Shown here piece after piece: positions 32,074 through 42,762 of a stretch of 60,627 nucleotides of DNA. A model generated the notes under the pieces. The model saw only the letters and a list, made by a program, of their open reading frames with translations, was not told the origin of the DNA and did no database searches. Position 1 is the first letter of the stretch. Every line of letters begins with the position of its first letter. This DNA comes from Candidatus Methylomirabilota bacterium (lineage in GTDB: Bacteria; Methylomirabilota; Methylomirabilia; Rokubacteriales; CSP1-6). The position numbers and the translations under genes were made by a program. The stretch spans positions 1-60,627 of the forward strand of contig JBKOUQ010000037.1 of assembly GCA_046723475.1 (NCBI GenBank), given 5' to 3'.

Positions 32074-35000
32074 TCGTGGCTCCCACGAGCTCGGCGAATG
32101 TGGGCTCACGCCCTTGCGCGCGGGCCTTGGCCTCCGCGGCGCGGACACGCTTTTCGTCCTTCGGAATGATCTTCACGAAGCGCGGGCGCATGGCGCGCCA
32201 CCCCGCGAGGATCTTCGCGGCGTGCGCGGAGTGCGTATAGGTCACGTGGCGATCGATGAGATCGCCGACGAGCGAGACATCGGCCGGCTGGTCGAGCGCC
32301 TCCAGATCCACCATCTCGCGGTTGCAGCGCCGGTGGAACTCGCCGTCGAGATCGAGCACGAACGCCACACCACCCGACATGCCGGCCGCGAAATTCCGCC
32401 CCGTCCGTCCGATGACGACGACGCGACCGCCCGTCATGTATTCGCACCCGTGGTCACCGACACCCTCGACGACCGCGTGCACGCCGCTGTTGCGTACGCA
32501 GAACCGCTCGCCGGCTAGGCCGCGCACGTACGCCTCGCCCGCGGTGGCGCCGTAGAGCGCCACATTCCCGATGATGATGTTGTCCTCGGGCACGAACGTC
32601 GAGCGGCCCGGCGGATGGACGATGAGCCGCCCACCGGACAGCCCCTTGCCCCAGTAATCGTTGGCATCGCCCTCGAGCGTGAACGTGATCCCGCGCGGCA
32701 GGAACGCGCCGAACGACTGACCCGCGGAACCGGTGAACCGAACCCGGATGGTGTCGTCGGGCAGCCCTGCCGGGCCGTGCCGCAGGGTGACCTCGTATCC
32801 GAGCGTGGTGCCGACGGTGCGGTTGACGTTGCGGATCGGTAGCGCCAGCTCCACGCGCGTGCCGTGCTCGATGGCGTCACGGCACGACGGAATGAGCGTG
32901 GTGTGGTCGAGCGACTTCTCGAGCCCGTGATCCTGCGCGACCACGCAGCGCCGCGCGACGTCCGGCGGCATCGCCGGCGAGTAGAGGATCGAGGAGAGAT
33001 CGAGTCCGCGCGCCTTCCAGTGGTCGACGGCGGGCGTGACGTCCAGACAGTCGGCACGGCCGATCATGTCTTCGATCTTGCGGAAGCCGAGCTCCGCCAT
33101 CAGCTCGCGCACCTCCTGCGCGACGAAGCGGAAGAAGTTCACGACGTGCTCGGCCTTGCCCGCGAAGCGTCGGCGGAGCTCCGGATCCTGCGTCGCGATG
33201 CCGACCGGGCAGGTATTGAGGTGGCAGACGCGCATCATGATGCAGCCGAGCACGACGAGCGGCGCGGTGGAAAAGCCATACTCCTCGGCGCCCAGGAGCG
33301 CCGCAATGACGACGTCGCGCCCCGTCTTCATCTGACCGTCCGTCTGCACGGCGATCCGGTCGCGGAGCTTGTTGAGCACGAGCACCTGCTGCGTCTCGGC
33401 CAGCCCCAGCTCCCACGGCACGCCGCCGTGCTTGATCGACGTCAGCGGCGAGGCGCCGGTGCCGCCGTCGTGACCGGAGATCAGCACGACGTCCGCGTGG
33501 GCTTTCGCAACGCCGGCCGCCACCGTACCCACGCCGACTTCAGCCACGAGCTTGACGTGGATTCGGGCGGTTGGATTGGCGTTCTTCAGATCGTGGATGA
33601 GCTGCGCCAGATCCTCGATGGAGTAGATGTCGTGGTGCGGCGGCGGCGAGATGAGACCGACGCCGGGCGTCGCATAGCGCACCTTCGCGATCCACGGGTA
33701 CACCTTGTGCCCCGGCAGCTGGCCGCCTTCGCCGGGCTTGGCGCCCTGGGCCATCTTGATCTGCAGATCCGTGGCGTTCACGAGGTACTCGCTCGTCACG
33801 CCGAAGCGGCCGGAGGCGACCTGCTTCACCGCGCTGCGCCGCCAATCACCGTTGGCGTCGCGCACGTAACGCGCGGGGTCCTCACCGCCCTCGCCGGTGT
33901 TCGAGCGCCCGCCGAGACGGTTCATCGCGATCGCGAGCGTCTCGTGCGCCTCCTGGCTGATCGAGCCGTAGGACATTGCGCCGGTGGCGAAGCGCGTGAG
34001 AATCGACTCGATCGGCTCGACCTCGTCGAGCGGCAGCGGTGGGCCAGCGGGCTTCAGCGTGAAGAGCCCGCGCAGCGTCGCGCGGTGCTTGCTCTGATCG
34101 TCGACGATCTTCGCGTATTCCTTGTAGGCCGCGTAGCTGCCCGAGCGTGTCGACGCCTGCAGCCGCGCGATCATGTCCGGGTTCACCTGATGGTGCTCGC
34201 CGTCGCGGCGCCACTGGTACTCGCCACCCCACTCGAGCTCCGGCTTCTCGACCTGACGCGCCGGGAAGGCGGCCTCGTGCCGCCGGCGTGTCTCCTCGGC
34301 GAGGATGTCGATCCCGATGCCGCCCACGCGCGACGCGGTCCCGGTGAAGTAGCGGTCCACCACGCTGCGGTTCAGGCCGATGGCCTCGAAGATCTGCGCG
34401 CCGGTGTACGACTGCAGCGTCGAGATGCCCATCTTCGCCATGACCTTCAGAATTCCCTTGTTCAGCGCCTTGATGTAGTTGCGCACGGCCTTCGCCCGAT
34501 CCAGCCCGGTCACCACGCCCTGGTGGATGAGGTCGTCCAGCGTCTCGAACGCAACCCACGGATTCACCGCGCCCGCGCCATAGCCGATGAGCAGGCACAT
34601 GTGGTGCACCTCGCGCGCGTCACCCGTCTCGATCACGAGGCCGCACCGCGTGCGCTCGCTGTGGCGCACGAGGTGATGGTGGACGGCGGCGGTGGCGAGC
34701 AGGCTCGGGATCGGCGCCAGCTCGCGCGTGACGCCCCGATCGGAGAGCACGAGCACGTTGTGACCATCGGCAATGGCTCGGCTCGCGCGCCGCTGCAGAT
34801 CCTCGAGCGCGCGCTCGAGCCCGGGCGCGCCCTCCGCGACGGGGTAGAGCATCGGCAGCGTGATCGCCTTGAACCCGAGCTCCGAGATGTGCGCGAGCTT
34901 CGCGAGGTCTTCGTTCGACAGCACCGGATCCTTGAGAACGATCTGACGGCAGGAGCTGGGCTCGGCACGGAGCAGGTTGCCTTCCGGGCCGATCGTCGAT

Positions 35001-36613
35001 TCCATCGCCGTCACGAGCTCCTCGCGAATCTGATCGAGCGGCGGGTTGGTGACCTGCGCGAACAGCTGCTTGAAGTAGTCGTACAGGGGCCGCGGCCGAT
35101 CCGAGAGCACCGCGAGCGCGGTGTCGGTGCCCATCGACCCGATCGGCTCCTCGCCGTTCTTGGCCATCGGGACGAGCAGCAGGCGCAGGTCTTCGTGCGT
35201 GTAGCCGAACGCGATCTGCCGCGTCAGCACGGTCGCGTGATCGGACTCCTTGACCGGTGCCGCCGCCACGTCTTCGAGACGCACCTGGTTCTGCTGCAGC
35301 CAGTCGCCGTACGGATGCTCGGCGGCAAGGTCCGCCTTGATCTCGTCGTCGTCGATGATGCGCCCCTGCGCGGTGTCGACCAGGAAGATCTTGCCGGGAT
35401 GCAGGCGCTCCTTCACGAGCACCTGGTCGGCCGGGATGTCGAGCACGCCCACTTCCGACGCCATCACCACCATGTCGTCCTTCGTCACGTAGTACCGCGA
35501 CGGACGCAGTCCGTTGCGATCGAGCACGGCGCCGATGACCGTGCCGTCCGTGAAGGCGATCGACGCGGGGCCGTCCCATGGCTCCATCAGCGAGGAGTGA
35601 TACTCGTAGAACGCGCGTCGCTCCGGGCTCATCGATTCGTGGTGCTGCCACGGCTCGGGAATCATCATGAGGATCGCGTGCGGCAGCGAGCGCCCATTCA
35701 TGACCAAAAACTCGACGACGTTGTCGAAGGTCGCGGAGTCCGACAGCCCTTCGCGCGTGACCGGCAGCACCTTGGCGAGATCGTCGCCCAGAACGTCCGA
35801 GCGGCACAGCGCCTCGCGCGCCCGCATCCAGTTGATGTTGCCGCGCAGCGTGTTGATCTCACCGTTGTGGGCGACGTAGCGATAGGGATGCGCGAGCGGC
35901 CACGACGGGAACGTGTTCGTGCTGAAGCGCTGGTGCACCAGGGCCAGCGCCGACTCGATGTCGGGATCGCAGAGGTCCGGGTACATCGTCTCGATCTGAT
36001 CGGCCGACAGCATGCCCTTGTAGATCAGCGTGTTGCTGCTGAGACTCGGAATGTAGGTGAGCCGCCTCTCGGCGAAGTCCATCGTCTCGAGCGCATGCTC
36101 GATGCGCTTGCGGATGACGTAGAGCTTGCGCTCGAAGTGCGCGGCGTCGCGCGCGTCACCGCGGCCGACGAACACCTGCTTGATGTGCGGCTCGACGTTC
36201 ACCGCGCTCGCACCCAGCAGCCGGTCGTCGGTCGGCACGTCTCGCCAGCCGAGGAGCCGCTGCCCCTCCTCGGCGACGATGCTGGCGATGAGGCCCTGGA
36301 CCTTCTCGCGCTGCACGGAGTTTCGCGGCAGGAACACACAGCCGACGCCGTAATCCTTCGGCCCGGGCAGAGGAATACCGATGCGGCCGCACTGCTTGCG
36401 CAGGAACTTGTCGGGAACCTGAAGCAGGATGCCGGCGCCGTCGCCCGTGTTGGGCTCGCAGCCGCAGGCGCCCCGGTGCAGGAGGTTGATGAGAACGAGG
36501 AGTCCCTGACGGACGATCGCGTGAGACTTTCGCCCCTTGATGTCGACCACGAAGCCGACGCCGCACGCGTCGTGCTCGTGCGCGGGGTCGTACAGCCCTT
36601 GCCGCTTCATCAT
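32066..36613 (-). CDS. gltB: Glutamate synthase large subunit
   Basis: [47 protein letters not shown] domain; SD AAAGGGG. Confidence 0.98.
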   Translation of the reverse strand: MMKRQGLYDPAHEHDACGVGFVVDIKGRKSHAIVRQGLLVLINLLHRGACGCEPNTGDGAGILLQVPDKFLRKQCGRIGIPLPGPKDYGVGCVFLPRNSVQREKVQGLIASIVAEEGQRLLGWRDVPTDDRLLGASAVNVEPHIKQVFVGRGDARDAAHFERKLYVIRKRIEHALETMDFAERRLTYIPSLSSNTLIYKGMLSADQIETMYPDLCDPDIESALALVHQRFSTNTFPSWPLAHPYRYVAHNGEINTLRGNINWMRAREALCRSDVLGDDLAKVLPVTREGLSDSATFDNVVEFLVMNGRSLPHAILMMIPEPWQHHESMSPERRAFYEYHSSLMEPWDGPASIAFTDGTVIGAVLDRNGLRPSRYYVTKDDMVVMASEVGVLDIPADQVLVKERLHPGKIFLVDTAQGRIIDDDEIKADLAAEHPYGDWLQQNQVRLEDVAAAPVKESDHATVLTRQIAFGYTHEDLRLLLVPMAKNGEEPIGSMGTDTALAVLSDRPRPLYDYFKQLFAQVTNPPLDQIREELVTAMESTIGPEGNLLRAEPSSCRQIVLKDPVLSNEDLAKLAHISELGFKAITLPMLYPVAEGAPGLERALEDLQRRASRAIADGHNVLVLSDRGVTRELAPIPSLLATAAVHHHLVRHSERTRCGLVIETGDAREVHHMCLLIGYGAGAVNPWVAFETLDDLIHQGVVTGLDRAKAVRNYIKALNKGILKVMAKMGISTLQSYTGAQIFEAIGLNRSVVDRYFTGTASRVGGIGIDILAEETRRRHEAAFPARQVEKPELEWGGEYQWRRDGEHHQVNPDMIARLQASTRSGSYAAYKEYAKIVDDQSKHRATLRGLFTLKPAGPPLPLDEVEPIESILTRFATGAMSYGSISQEAHETLAIAMNRLGGRSNTGEGGEDPARYVRDANGDWRRSAVKQVASGRFGVTSEYLVNATDLQIKMAQGAKPGEGGQLPGHKVYPWIAKVRYATPGVGLISPPPHHDIYSIEDLAQLIHDLKNANPTARIHVKLVAEVGVGTVAAGVAKAHADVVLISGHDGGTGASPLTSIKHGGVPWELGLAETQQVLVLNKLRDRIAVQTDGQMKTGRDVVIAALLGAEEYGFSTAPLVVLGCIMMRVCHLNTCPVGIATQDPELRRRFAGKAEHVVNFFRFVAQEVRELMAELGFRKIEDMIGRADCLDVTPAVDHWKARGLDLSSILYSPAMPPDVARRCVVAQDHGLEKSLDHTTLIPSCRDAIEHGTRVELALPIRNVNRTVGTTLGYEVTLRHGPAGLPDDTIRVRFTGSAGQSFGAFLPRGITFTLEGDANDYWGKGLSGGRLIVHPPGRSTFVPEDNIIIGNVALYGATAGEAYVRGLAGERFCVRNSGVHAVVEGVGDHGCEYMTGGRVVVIGRTGRNFAAGMSGGVAFVLDLDGEFHRRCNREMVDLEALDQPADVSLVGDLIDRHVTYTHSAHAAKILAGWRAMRPRFVKIIPKDEKRVRAAEAKARAQGREPTFAELVGATSG

Positions 36614-36692
36614 CCTCGCCCCTTTGTGAACAGTTGCACGATAGTACCGAACCAACCAGTATTAGTCAGCAGCGAAAAGACGGATGGTATGT

Positions 36693-36707
36693 ATCAGTCG
36701 TTCTTAT
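36693..36707. promoter_or_regulatory. Putative LysR box (T-N11-A, ATCAG-N5-CTTAT)
   Basis: Imperfect dyad between divergent gltB and the LysR gene. Confidence 0.5.
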
Positions 36708-36717
36708 GGTGTAGAGT

Positions 36718-37641
36718 GTGCGCGTGCATCTCGAGACCCTCCGTCTGTACTGCGACGTCGTGCGGTTGCGCTCGTTCTCGAAGGGCGCGGAGCTCAACTT
36801 CGTGTCCCAGTCCGCGGCCAGCCAGGCCGTGCAACAGCTCGAGGTGCAGGTCGGCGCAACGCTGATCGACCGTAGCAAGCGGCCGTTCGCCGTGACACCG
36901 CACGGCCAGTCCCTGTACGAGGCCTGCCGCACGATGCTCGAGGCGTGGGAGAACGCCAAGGCGGAGGTCGCCGCGGTCAAGACGCGTCTGGACGGGGCGG
37001 TGCGGGTGGCAGCCATTTATTCCGTCGGCGTGCATGACGTAAGCCGTCCAATGCAGCAGTTCGCGGCGCTCTATCCCGACGCGCGGGTCCAGCTCGAGTG
37101 TCTGCACCCTCACAAGGTGGTCGAGGCGGTGATGAACGACGACGCCGACCTCGGCATCATGTCCTATCCGCCTGCCAACCGGGCGTTGACGGTCGTGCCA
37201 TTGCGGGTCGAGCCGATGGCCGTCGTGTGCCATCCGAACCATCGCTTTGCACGGCGGCGGCTGGTGATGCCGGCCGACCTCAATGGCGAGCGATTCGTCG
37301 GCTTCGACCGGGCGCTGCCCATCCGCAAGGCGATCGACCGCGCGCTGAGGCAGCACGGCGCGCGGGTGAATACGGTGATGGAGTTCGACAACATCGAGAC
37401 GATCAAGCAGGCGATCATCATCGCCGAGGGTGTGAGCATTCTGCCCCGCCACACCGTTCAGAAGGAAGCGGGGATCCGGACGCTGGCGGCGGTGAGCCTC
37501 GGCGTTCCAGACCTGGCGCGGCCCGTCGGCATCATTTATCGTCGGCACAAGCCGCTGACGCCGACGGCAAGCCGCTTCGTCGAGATGCTGAAGGAAGCGA
37601 GCGGCGCGTCGGCGCACGTCGCCACCGCCATTGAACGGTAA
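36718..37641 (+). CDS. LysR-family transcriptional regulator, divergent from gltBD
   Basis: SFSKGAELNFVSQSAASQAVQQLE HTH; LysR substrate domain. Confidence 0.93.
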   Translation: MRVHLETLRLYCDVVRLRSFSKGAELNFVSQSAASQAVQQLEVQVGATLIDRSKRPFAVTPHGQSLYEACRTMLEAWENAKAEVAAVKTRLDGAVRVAAIYSVGVHDVSRPMQQFAALYPDARVQLECLHPHKVVEAVMNDDADLGIMSYPPANRALTVVPLRVEPMAVVCHPNHRFARRRLVMPADLNGERFVGFDRALPIRKAIDRALRQHGARVNTVMEFDNIETIKQAIIIAEGVSILPRHTVQKEAGIRTLAAVSLGVPDLARPVGIIYRRHKPLTPTASRFVEMLKEASGASAHVATAIER

Positions 37642-37674
37642 GCGCCGGGCGCGCGCCGCTCGGGAGGGAGCTTC

Positions 37675-38211
37675 ATGATGGACTTCGACGATCGCCCGTA
37701 TGATCTCGACGAAGAGCTGGAACACGTCCGGAGCGTGCTGCTGGACAGCGCGCTCCTCGATGACACGATCGCCACGCTGGGCCCCGCCGAACCGATCTGT
37801 CTGCCGCCCTCGGCAACCGTCGAAGAAGCCATCGCGCGGATGCTCGAGCGTCGGCAGGCCTGCGTGCTCGTCGTCGATGCCGAGCGTCGGCTGACGGGCA
37901 TCCTCACCGAGCGCGACGTGCTGACGCGGGTGGCCGGTGCGGCTCGCGACGCACGCAAGACGCCGCTCCGCGAGGTCATGACCGTCAATCCCGAGGCGCT
38001 CAGCGCGAATGATCGCATCGCGTACGCGCTGCACTGCATGAGCGTCGCCGGCTATCGCACGGTGCCGCTCGTCGATGCCGAGCGGCGGCCGATCGGCGTG
38101 GTCACGGTGAGCGACGTGATCCGTTGGCTGGCACAGTTGTTCCCGGAAGCCGTGCTGAATCTTCCGCCCAGCGACACGCTCAAGCGCCCGCACGAAATGG
38201 ATGCGGGTTAA
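37675..38211 (+). CDS. CBS domain protein
   Basis: GILTERD, EVMT.NP, VPLVD...IGVVTVSD; SD GGAGG. Confidence 0.9.
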   Translation: MMDFDDRPYDLDEELEHVRSVLLDSALLDDTIATLGPAEPICLPPSATVEEAIARMLERRQACVLVVDAERRLTGILTERDVLTRVAGAARDARKTPLREVMTVNPEALSANDRIAYALHCMSVAGYRTVPLVDAERRPIGVVTVSDVIRWLAQLFPEAVLNLPPSDTLKRPHEMDAG

Positions 38212-38244
38212 CGTGCACTTCGATGGCGTAACCACCGGATTACC

Positions 38245-38273
38245 TTGCCCAATGGTAGGTCGTCCTTTAAGAT
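38245..38273 (+). promoter_or_regulatory. Sigma70-type promoter TTGCCC-N17-TAAGAT for korAB and downstream genes
   Basis: -35 at 38245-50, -10 at 38268-73, in an AT-richer patch. Confidence 0.6.
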
Positions 38274-38399
38274 GAATCACGCCCTGACGCAGCCGTGGAA
38301 CGCCGGGGCGGCCTCAGCGCAAATCCCGGAGACGACGACGCACCGAGGCCCTGCGCGCGATGCCCGGACGTCGGCGACCGGGTGGGGGAGAAGAGATCG

Positions 38400-40268
38400 A
38401 TGAGCGAGACGGCGGCGGCCGTAAAGGGCGCCAAGGGTCGGCGTGAGCTCGAGCGCGCCGTGATCCGGTTCGCGGGCGACTCCGGCGACGGGATGCAGCT
38501 CACGGGCGAGCAGTTCACGACCGAGTCGGCGTGGGCCGGCAACGACATCGCGACGTTGCCGAACTTCCCGGCCGAGATCCGCGCCCCGGCCGGCACGCTG
38601 TTCGGCGTGTCGTCGTTCCAGCTGCAGTTCGGCAGCCAGCGCGTGTATACGCCCGGCGATCGGCTCGACTGCCTCGTCGCGATGAACCCGGCCGCGCTCA
38701 AGGTGCATCTTCGCGATCTCAAGCCGGGCGGGCTGCTGATCGTCAACACCGCCGCCTTCGAGAAGCGCAATCTCGACAAGGCGGGTTACACGCAGAATCC
38801 GCTCGACGATCCGGCGCTGGGAGAGCGCTACCGCCTGCACAAGGTCGACATGACCGGCCTCACGCACAAGGCCATCGCCGATCTGAAGCTCGACACCAAG
38901 GAAAAGGACCGCACCAAGAACTTCTTCGCGCTCGGCCTCGTTTCCTGGATCTACACGCGCCCGCTCGAGCCCACGCTCGAGTGGATCGTCAAGCGCTTCG
39001 CGAAGAAAGCCGACATCGCGGAGGCCAACACTCGCGTGCTGAAGGCGGGGCACGCCTTCGGCGAGACGGCAGAGTTCTTCGAGGAGGTCTACACCGTCGA
39101 GCCCGCGGAGATGGCGCCCGGTCTCTACCGGGCGATGACGGGCAACCGCGCGCTCGCGTGGGGGTTGCTCGCGGCCGCCGAGCGCTCGAAGGTGCCCGTG
39201 GTGTATGGCGCGTATCCGATCACGCCGGCCTCGAGCGTTCTGGAAGAGCTCGCGATGCACAAGCGCTTCCGCGTGCGCACGGTCCAGGCCGAGGACGAGA
39301 TCGCCGCGGTCACGGCGGCGATTGGCGCGTCGTTCGGCGGTGCGATCGGTGTCACGTGCTCGAGCGGTCCGGGGATCGCGCTCAAGAGCGAGGCGATCGG
39401 CCTGGCCGTCACGGCCGAGCTGCCGCTCGTCATTCTCAACATCCAGCGCGCGGGTCCGTCGACCGGCATGCCGACCAAGACGGAGCAGGCCGACCTGATG
39501 CAGGCGCTGTACGGCCGCAACAGCGAGTCGCCGGTGGTGGTACTGGCACCCGCGACGCCGGGCGACTGTTTCTACGTCGCCTACGAAGCGGTGCGCATCG
39601 CCGCCAAATACATGGTGCCCGTGATCGTGCTCTCCGACGGCTTCCTCGCCAACGGGTCGGAGCCATGGCTCATCCCCGACGCCTCCACGCTGCCGCCGAT
39701 CGAGATCCAATTCCGCACGGAGAAGGAAGGGTTCTTCCCGTACCTTCGTGACCCCGCGACGCTGTCGCGGCCGTGGGTGCGTCCCGGCACGCCGGGCCTC
39801 GAGCACCGAATCGGCGGCCTCGAGAAGCAGGACGTGACGGGGAACATCTCCTACGACCCCGACAACCACGATCACATGGTCAAGACGCGCGCCGAGAAGG
39901 TTCGGCGCGTGGCACAGGAAATTCCGCCGACGACGATCAACGGCCCGGCGACCGGCGATGTTCTCATCGTGGGCTGGGGCGGCACGTACGGCTCGATCAC
40001 CGCGGCCGTCGAGCGCGCGCAGGCGGCGGGCCTCTCGGTGGCGTCGATCCATCTGCGCCATCTGAATCCGCTGCCGCCGGACCTCGGCCACATCCTGCGC
40101 GAATATCGGAAGGTCCTCGTCCCGGAAATCAACAGCGGGCAGCTCGTCCGCGTGCTGCGCGCCGAATACCTCGTCGACGCTGTCGGCTTCAACCGCGTGC
40201 GCGGGCTGCCGCTGGCGAGCGAAGAGATTCTGGAAGGCATCCACCAATTGCTCGGGAGTCATGCATGA
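38400..40268 (+). CDS. korA: 2-oxoacid:ferredoxin oxidoreductase alpha subunit (gamma-alpha fusion)
   Basis: FAGDSGDGMQLTG, YPITP, QAEDEIAA, QRAGPSTGMPTK. Substrate is inferred. Confidence 0.9.
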   Translation: MSETAAAVKGAKGRRELERAVIRFAGDSGDGMQLTGEQFTTESAWAGNDIATLPNFPAEIRAPAGTLFGVSSFQLQFGSQRVYTPGDRLDCLVAMNPAALKVHLRDLKPGGLLIVNTAAFEKRNLDKAGYTQNPLDDPALGERYRLHKVDMTGLTHKAIADLKLDTKEKDRTKNFFALGLVSWIYTRPLEPTLEWIVKRFAKKADIAEANTRVLKAGHAFGETAEFFEEVYTVEPAEMAPGLYRAMTGNRALAWGLLAAAERSKVPVVYGAYPITPASSVLEELAMHKRFRVRTVQAEDEIAAVTAAIGASFGGAIGVTCSSGPGIALKSEAIGLAVTAELPLVILNIQRAGPSTGMPTKTEQADLMQALYGRNSESPVVVLAPATPGDCFYVAYEAVRIAAKYMVPVIVLSDGFLANGSEPWLIPDASTLPPIEIQFRTEKEGFFPYLRDPATLSRPWVRPGTPGLEHRIGGLEKQDVTGNISYDPDNHDHMVKTRAEKVRRVAQEIPPTTINGPATGDVLIVGWGGTYGSITAAVERAQAAGLSVASIHLRHLNPLPPDLGHILREYRKVLVPEINSGQLVRVLRAEYLVDAVGFNRVRGLPLASEEILEGIHQLLGSHA

Positions 40269-41299
40269 GCGCTCAGGGGACCGGGGCGGCGGCCGCGCCA
40301 ACGCCGAAGTACACGAAAAAGGATTTCGAGTCCGATCAGGACGTCCGCTGGTGTCCGGGATGCGGTGACTACGCCATCCTCAGCGCCGTTCAGAAATCGA
40401 TGCCGGACCTCGGTATTCCGCGCGAGAACATCGTGTTCATCTCGGGCATCGGCTGCTCCAGCCGGTTCCCCTACTACATGAACACGTACGGGTTTCACAC
40501 GATCCACGGCCGCGCGCCGGCCATGGCCACCGGCCTGCGCGTCGCGCGTCCCGACCTGAAAGTGTTCGTGGTCACCGGTGACGGTGACGGGCTGTCCATC
40601 GGCGGCAACCACATGCTGCACGTGCTGCGCCGCAACGTGAACCTGACGATTCTGCTGTTCAACAACCGGATCTACGGGCTCACCAAGGGCCAGTACTCGC
40701 CCACGAGCGAGCTCGGCAAGGTGACGAAGTCCACGCCGATGGGATCGGCGGATCGTCCCGTGAACCCGCTCGCGTTTGCGCTCGGCTGCGGCGCCACGTT
40801 CGTCGCTCGCACCGTCGATCGCAACATCGCCCACATGGAGGAGATGCTCAAGCGCGCGGCCGCGCACAGGGGCACGGCGTTCCTCGAAATCTTACAGAAC
40901 TGCAACGTGTACAACGATCTCGCCTGGAACGTCATGTACGACAAGACGTCCAAGCTCGCCTACGAGCTGCGCCTCGAGAGCGGCAAGCCTCTCGTGTACG
41001 GCCCGCCCGACGCGCGCAAGGCCGTCATCATGAAGGGCGTCATTCCGACGGTTGTGGACGCCAAGGACGTGCAGGAGAGCGCGCTCTGGGTGCACGACGA
41101 GACGAACGTCAACGCCGCCAAGATCCTCGCCGATCTGTTCGCGCCGGAGTTCCCGGTGCCGATCGGCGTGCTGGCGGCGATCGACGCACCGATCTACGAG
41201 GAGGTCATGCTCGAGCAGGAGCAGCGGGCCCTCTCCGATCGCGGGCCGGGCGACATCGCCAAGCTGCTCGTCTCCGGCGACACCTGGAAGATCGGCTGA
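40265..41299 (+). CDS. korB: 2-oxoacid:ferredoxin oxidoreductase beta subunit
   Basis: WCPGCGD, SGIGCSSR, GDGD..NN ThDP motif, YGLTKGQ. Confidence 0.9.
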   Translation: MSAQGTGAAAAPTPKYTKKDFESDQDVRWCPGCGDYAILSAVQKSMPDLGIPRENIVFISGIGCSSRFPYYMNTYGFHTIHGRAPAMATGLRVARPDLKVFVVTGDGDGLSIGGNHMLHVLRRNVNLTILLFNNRIYGLTKGQYSPTSELGKVTKSTPMGSADRPVNPLAFALGCGATFVARTVDRNIAHMEEMLKRAAAHRGTAFLEILQNCNVYNDLAWNVMYDKTSKLAYELRLESGKPLVYGPPDARKAVIMKGVIPTVVDAKDVQESALWVHDETNVNAAKILADLFAPEFPVPIGVLAAIDAPIYEEVMLEQEQRALSDRGPGDIAKLLVSGDTWKIG

Positions 41300-41312
41300 T
41301 CCGCGGCGCGCC

Positions 41313-42758
41313 GTGGCCGTCTCCGCGAGCGTAGTCGCCGGGCTCCAGCGCCTGCTCGGCGCCGCCGGCGTCATCGTCACTCCCGAAGGTCGCCTCACCT
41401 ACGAGAGCGACATGCTCACGCTGTACAAGGCCGCGCCCGACGTCGTCGTCCTGCCGACGAGCACCGAGGATGTGCGGGCCATCGTTCGTCTCTGCCGCGA
41501 GGCGGGCGTGCCCATCGTGCCGCGCGGCTCGGGGACCGGGCTCATCGGCGGCGCCACCGCGCCGCACGGCGGCGTGATGGTGTCGATGACGCGCATGACG
41601 CGCATCCTCGAGCTCGATCTCCCGAATCGCTGTGCGACGGTCCAGCCGGGCCTGATCAACCTCTGGCTCAGCAATGAGGTGCGCGATCGCGGCTGGTTCT
41701 TCGCGCCCGATCCATCGAGTCAGATGGTCTCGTCGATCGGTGGCAACGTCGCAACGAATGCGGGCGGGCCACACTGCCTGAAGTACGGCATCACGACGAA
41801 TCACGTACTCGGGCTCGAGATCGTCACCGGCACCGGCGACGTCGTCACCGTCGGCGGCAAGGCCGCCGAGCGCCCGGGCTACGATCTCACCGGCACGATC
41901 GTCGGCAACGAGGGCACCTTCGGGCTCGTCACCGCGATCACGGTGCGCTTGCTGCATCTGCCCGAGGCGGTGAAAACGGCGCTGGCGTCGTTCGCAAGCC
42001 TCGTCGAGGCCTCCGAGGCGGTGTCGGCGATCATCGCGGCCGGCATCATCCCCGCCGCGCTCGAGATGCTCGACGACGCGATGATCGGCGCGGTGAACGC
42101 GTCGGTGGGGAAGGTCTATCCCGACGGCGCGGGCGCCGTGCTGCTCATCGAGCTCGATGGGCCGCGCGCCGAGGTCGAAGCGCAGGCGGAGCGGGTGGCC
42201 GCGATCTGCCGCGAACGGCAAGCGCTCATGGTCACGGTCGCACGCGACGAAGCCGAGCGCGCGTTGTTGTGGAAAGGGCGCAAGGAAGCCGCCGGCGCTA
42301 TCGGCCGCGTGACGGCCGCCTACCTGCTGCAGGACGCTGTCGTCCCGCGTAGCAAACTGCCGCAGATCATGCGCGAAATGGTTGCCATCTCGAAGCGCCA
42401 CAATCTGCTGTTCGCGAACGTGTTCCACGCCGGCGACGGCAATCTGCACCCGTTGATCTGCTACGACGACCGCAATCCCGACGAGCTCAAACGCGCCCAG
42501 CAGGCGAACGAGGAGCTGCTGCACGCGTGCATCGCGCTGGGCGGCACCGTGAGCGGCGAGCACGGCATCGGGATGGACAAGGCCAAGAACCTGCCACTGC
42601 AGTACGCCGACGCCGATTTGAACTTCATGTTCCGCCTGCGCCGCGTGTTCGATCCGGACGGGATCATGAATCCCGCGAAGCTGCTGCCCTCGCATCCCGC
42701 GTGCGGCGAGGGCTTCCGACCCTCACGGCCGACGCTGCCCGCCGGCACGTGGGTGTAA
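41313..42758 (+). CDS. glcD: Glycolate oxidase subunit GlcD-like FAD oxidase
   Basis: PRGSGTGL.GG, PDPSS, GGPHCLKYG, HAGDGNLHP, GEHGIG. Start approximate. Confidence 0.88.
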   Translation: MAVSASVVAGLQRLLGAAGVIVTPEGRLTYESDMLTLYKAAPDVVVLPTSTEDVRAIVRLCREAGVPIVPRGSGTGLIGGATAPHGGVMVSMTRMTRILELDLPNRCATVQPGLINLWLSNEVRDRGWFFAPDPSSQMVSSIGGNVATNAGGPHCLKYGITTNHVLGLEIVTGTGDVVTVGGKAAERPGYDLTGTIVGNEGTFGLVTAITVRLLHLPEAVKTALASFASLVEASEAVSAIIAAGIIPAALEMLDDAMIGAVNASVGKVYPDGAGAVLLIELDGPRAEVEAQAERVAAICRERQALMVTVARDEAERALLWKGRKEAAGAIGRVTAAYLLQDAVVPRSKLPQIMREMVAISKRHNLLFANVFHAGDGNLHPLICYDDRNPDELKRAQQANEELLHACIALGGTVSGEHGIGMDKAKNLPLQYADADLNFMFRLRRVFDPDGIMNPAKLLPSHPACGEGFRPSRPTLPAGTWV

Positions 42759-42762
42759 GACC

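Noticed and set aside
32864-36865. Very long antisense ORFs (1333 aa here; also 4237-7026 and others)
   Set aside because: They are shadow ORFs produced by high GC3 opposite gltB, topA and similar genes, with no recognisable motifs.
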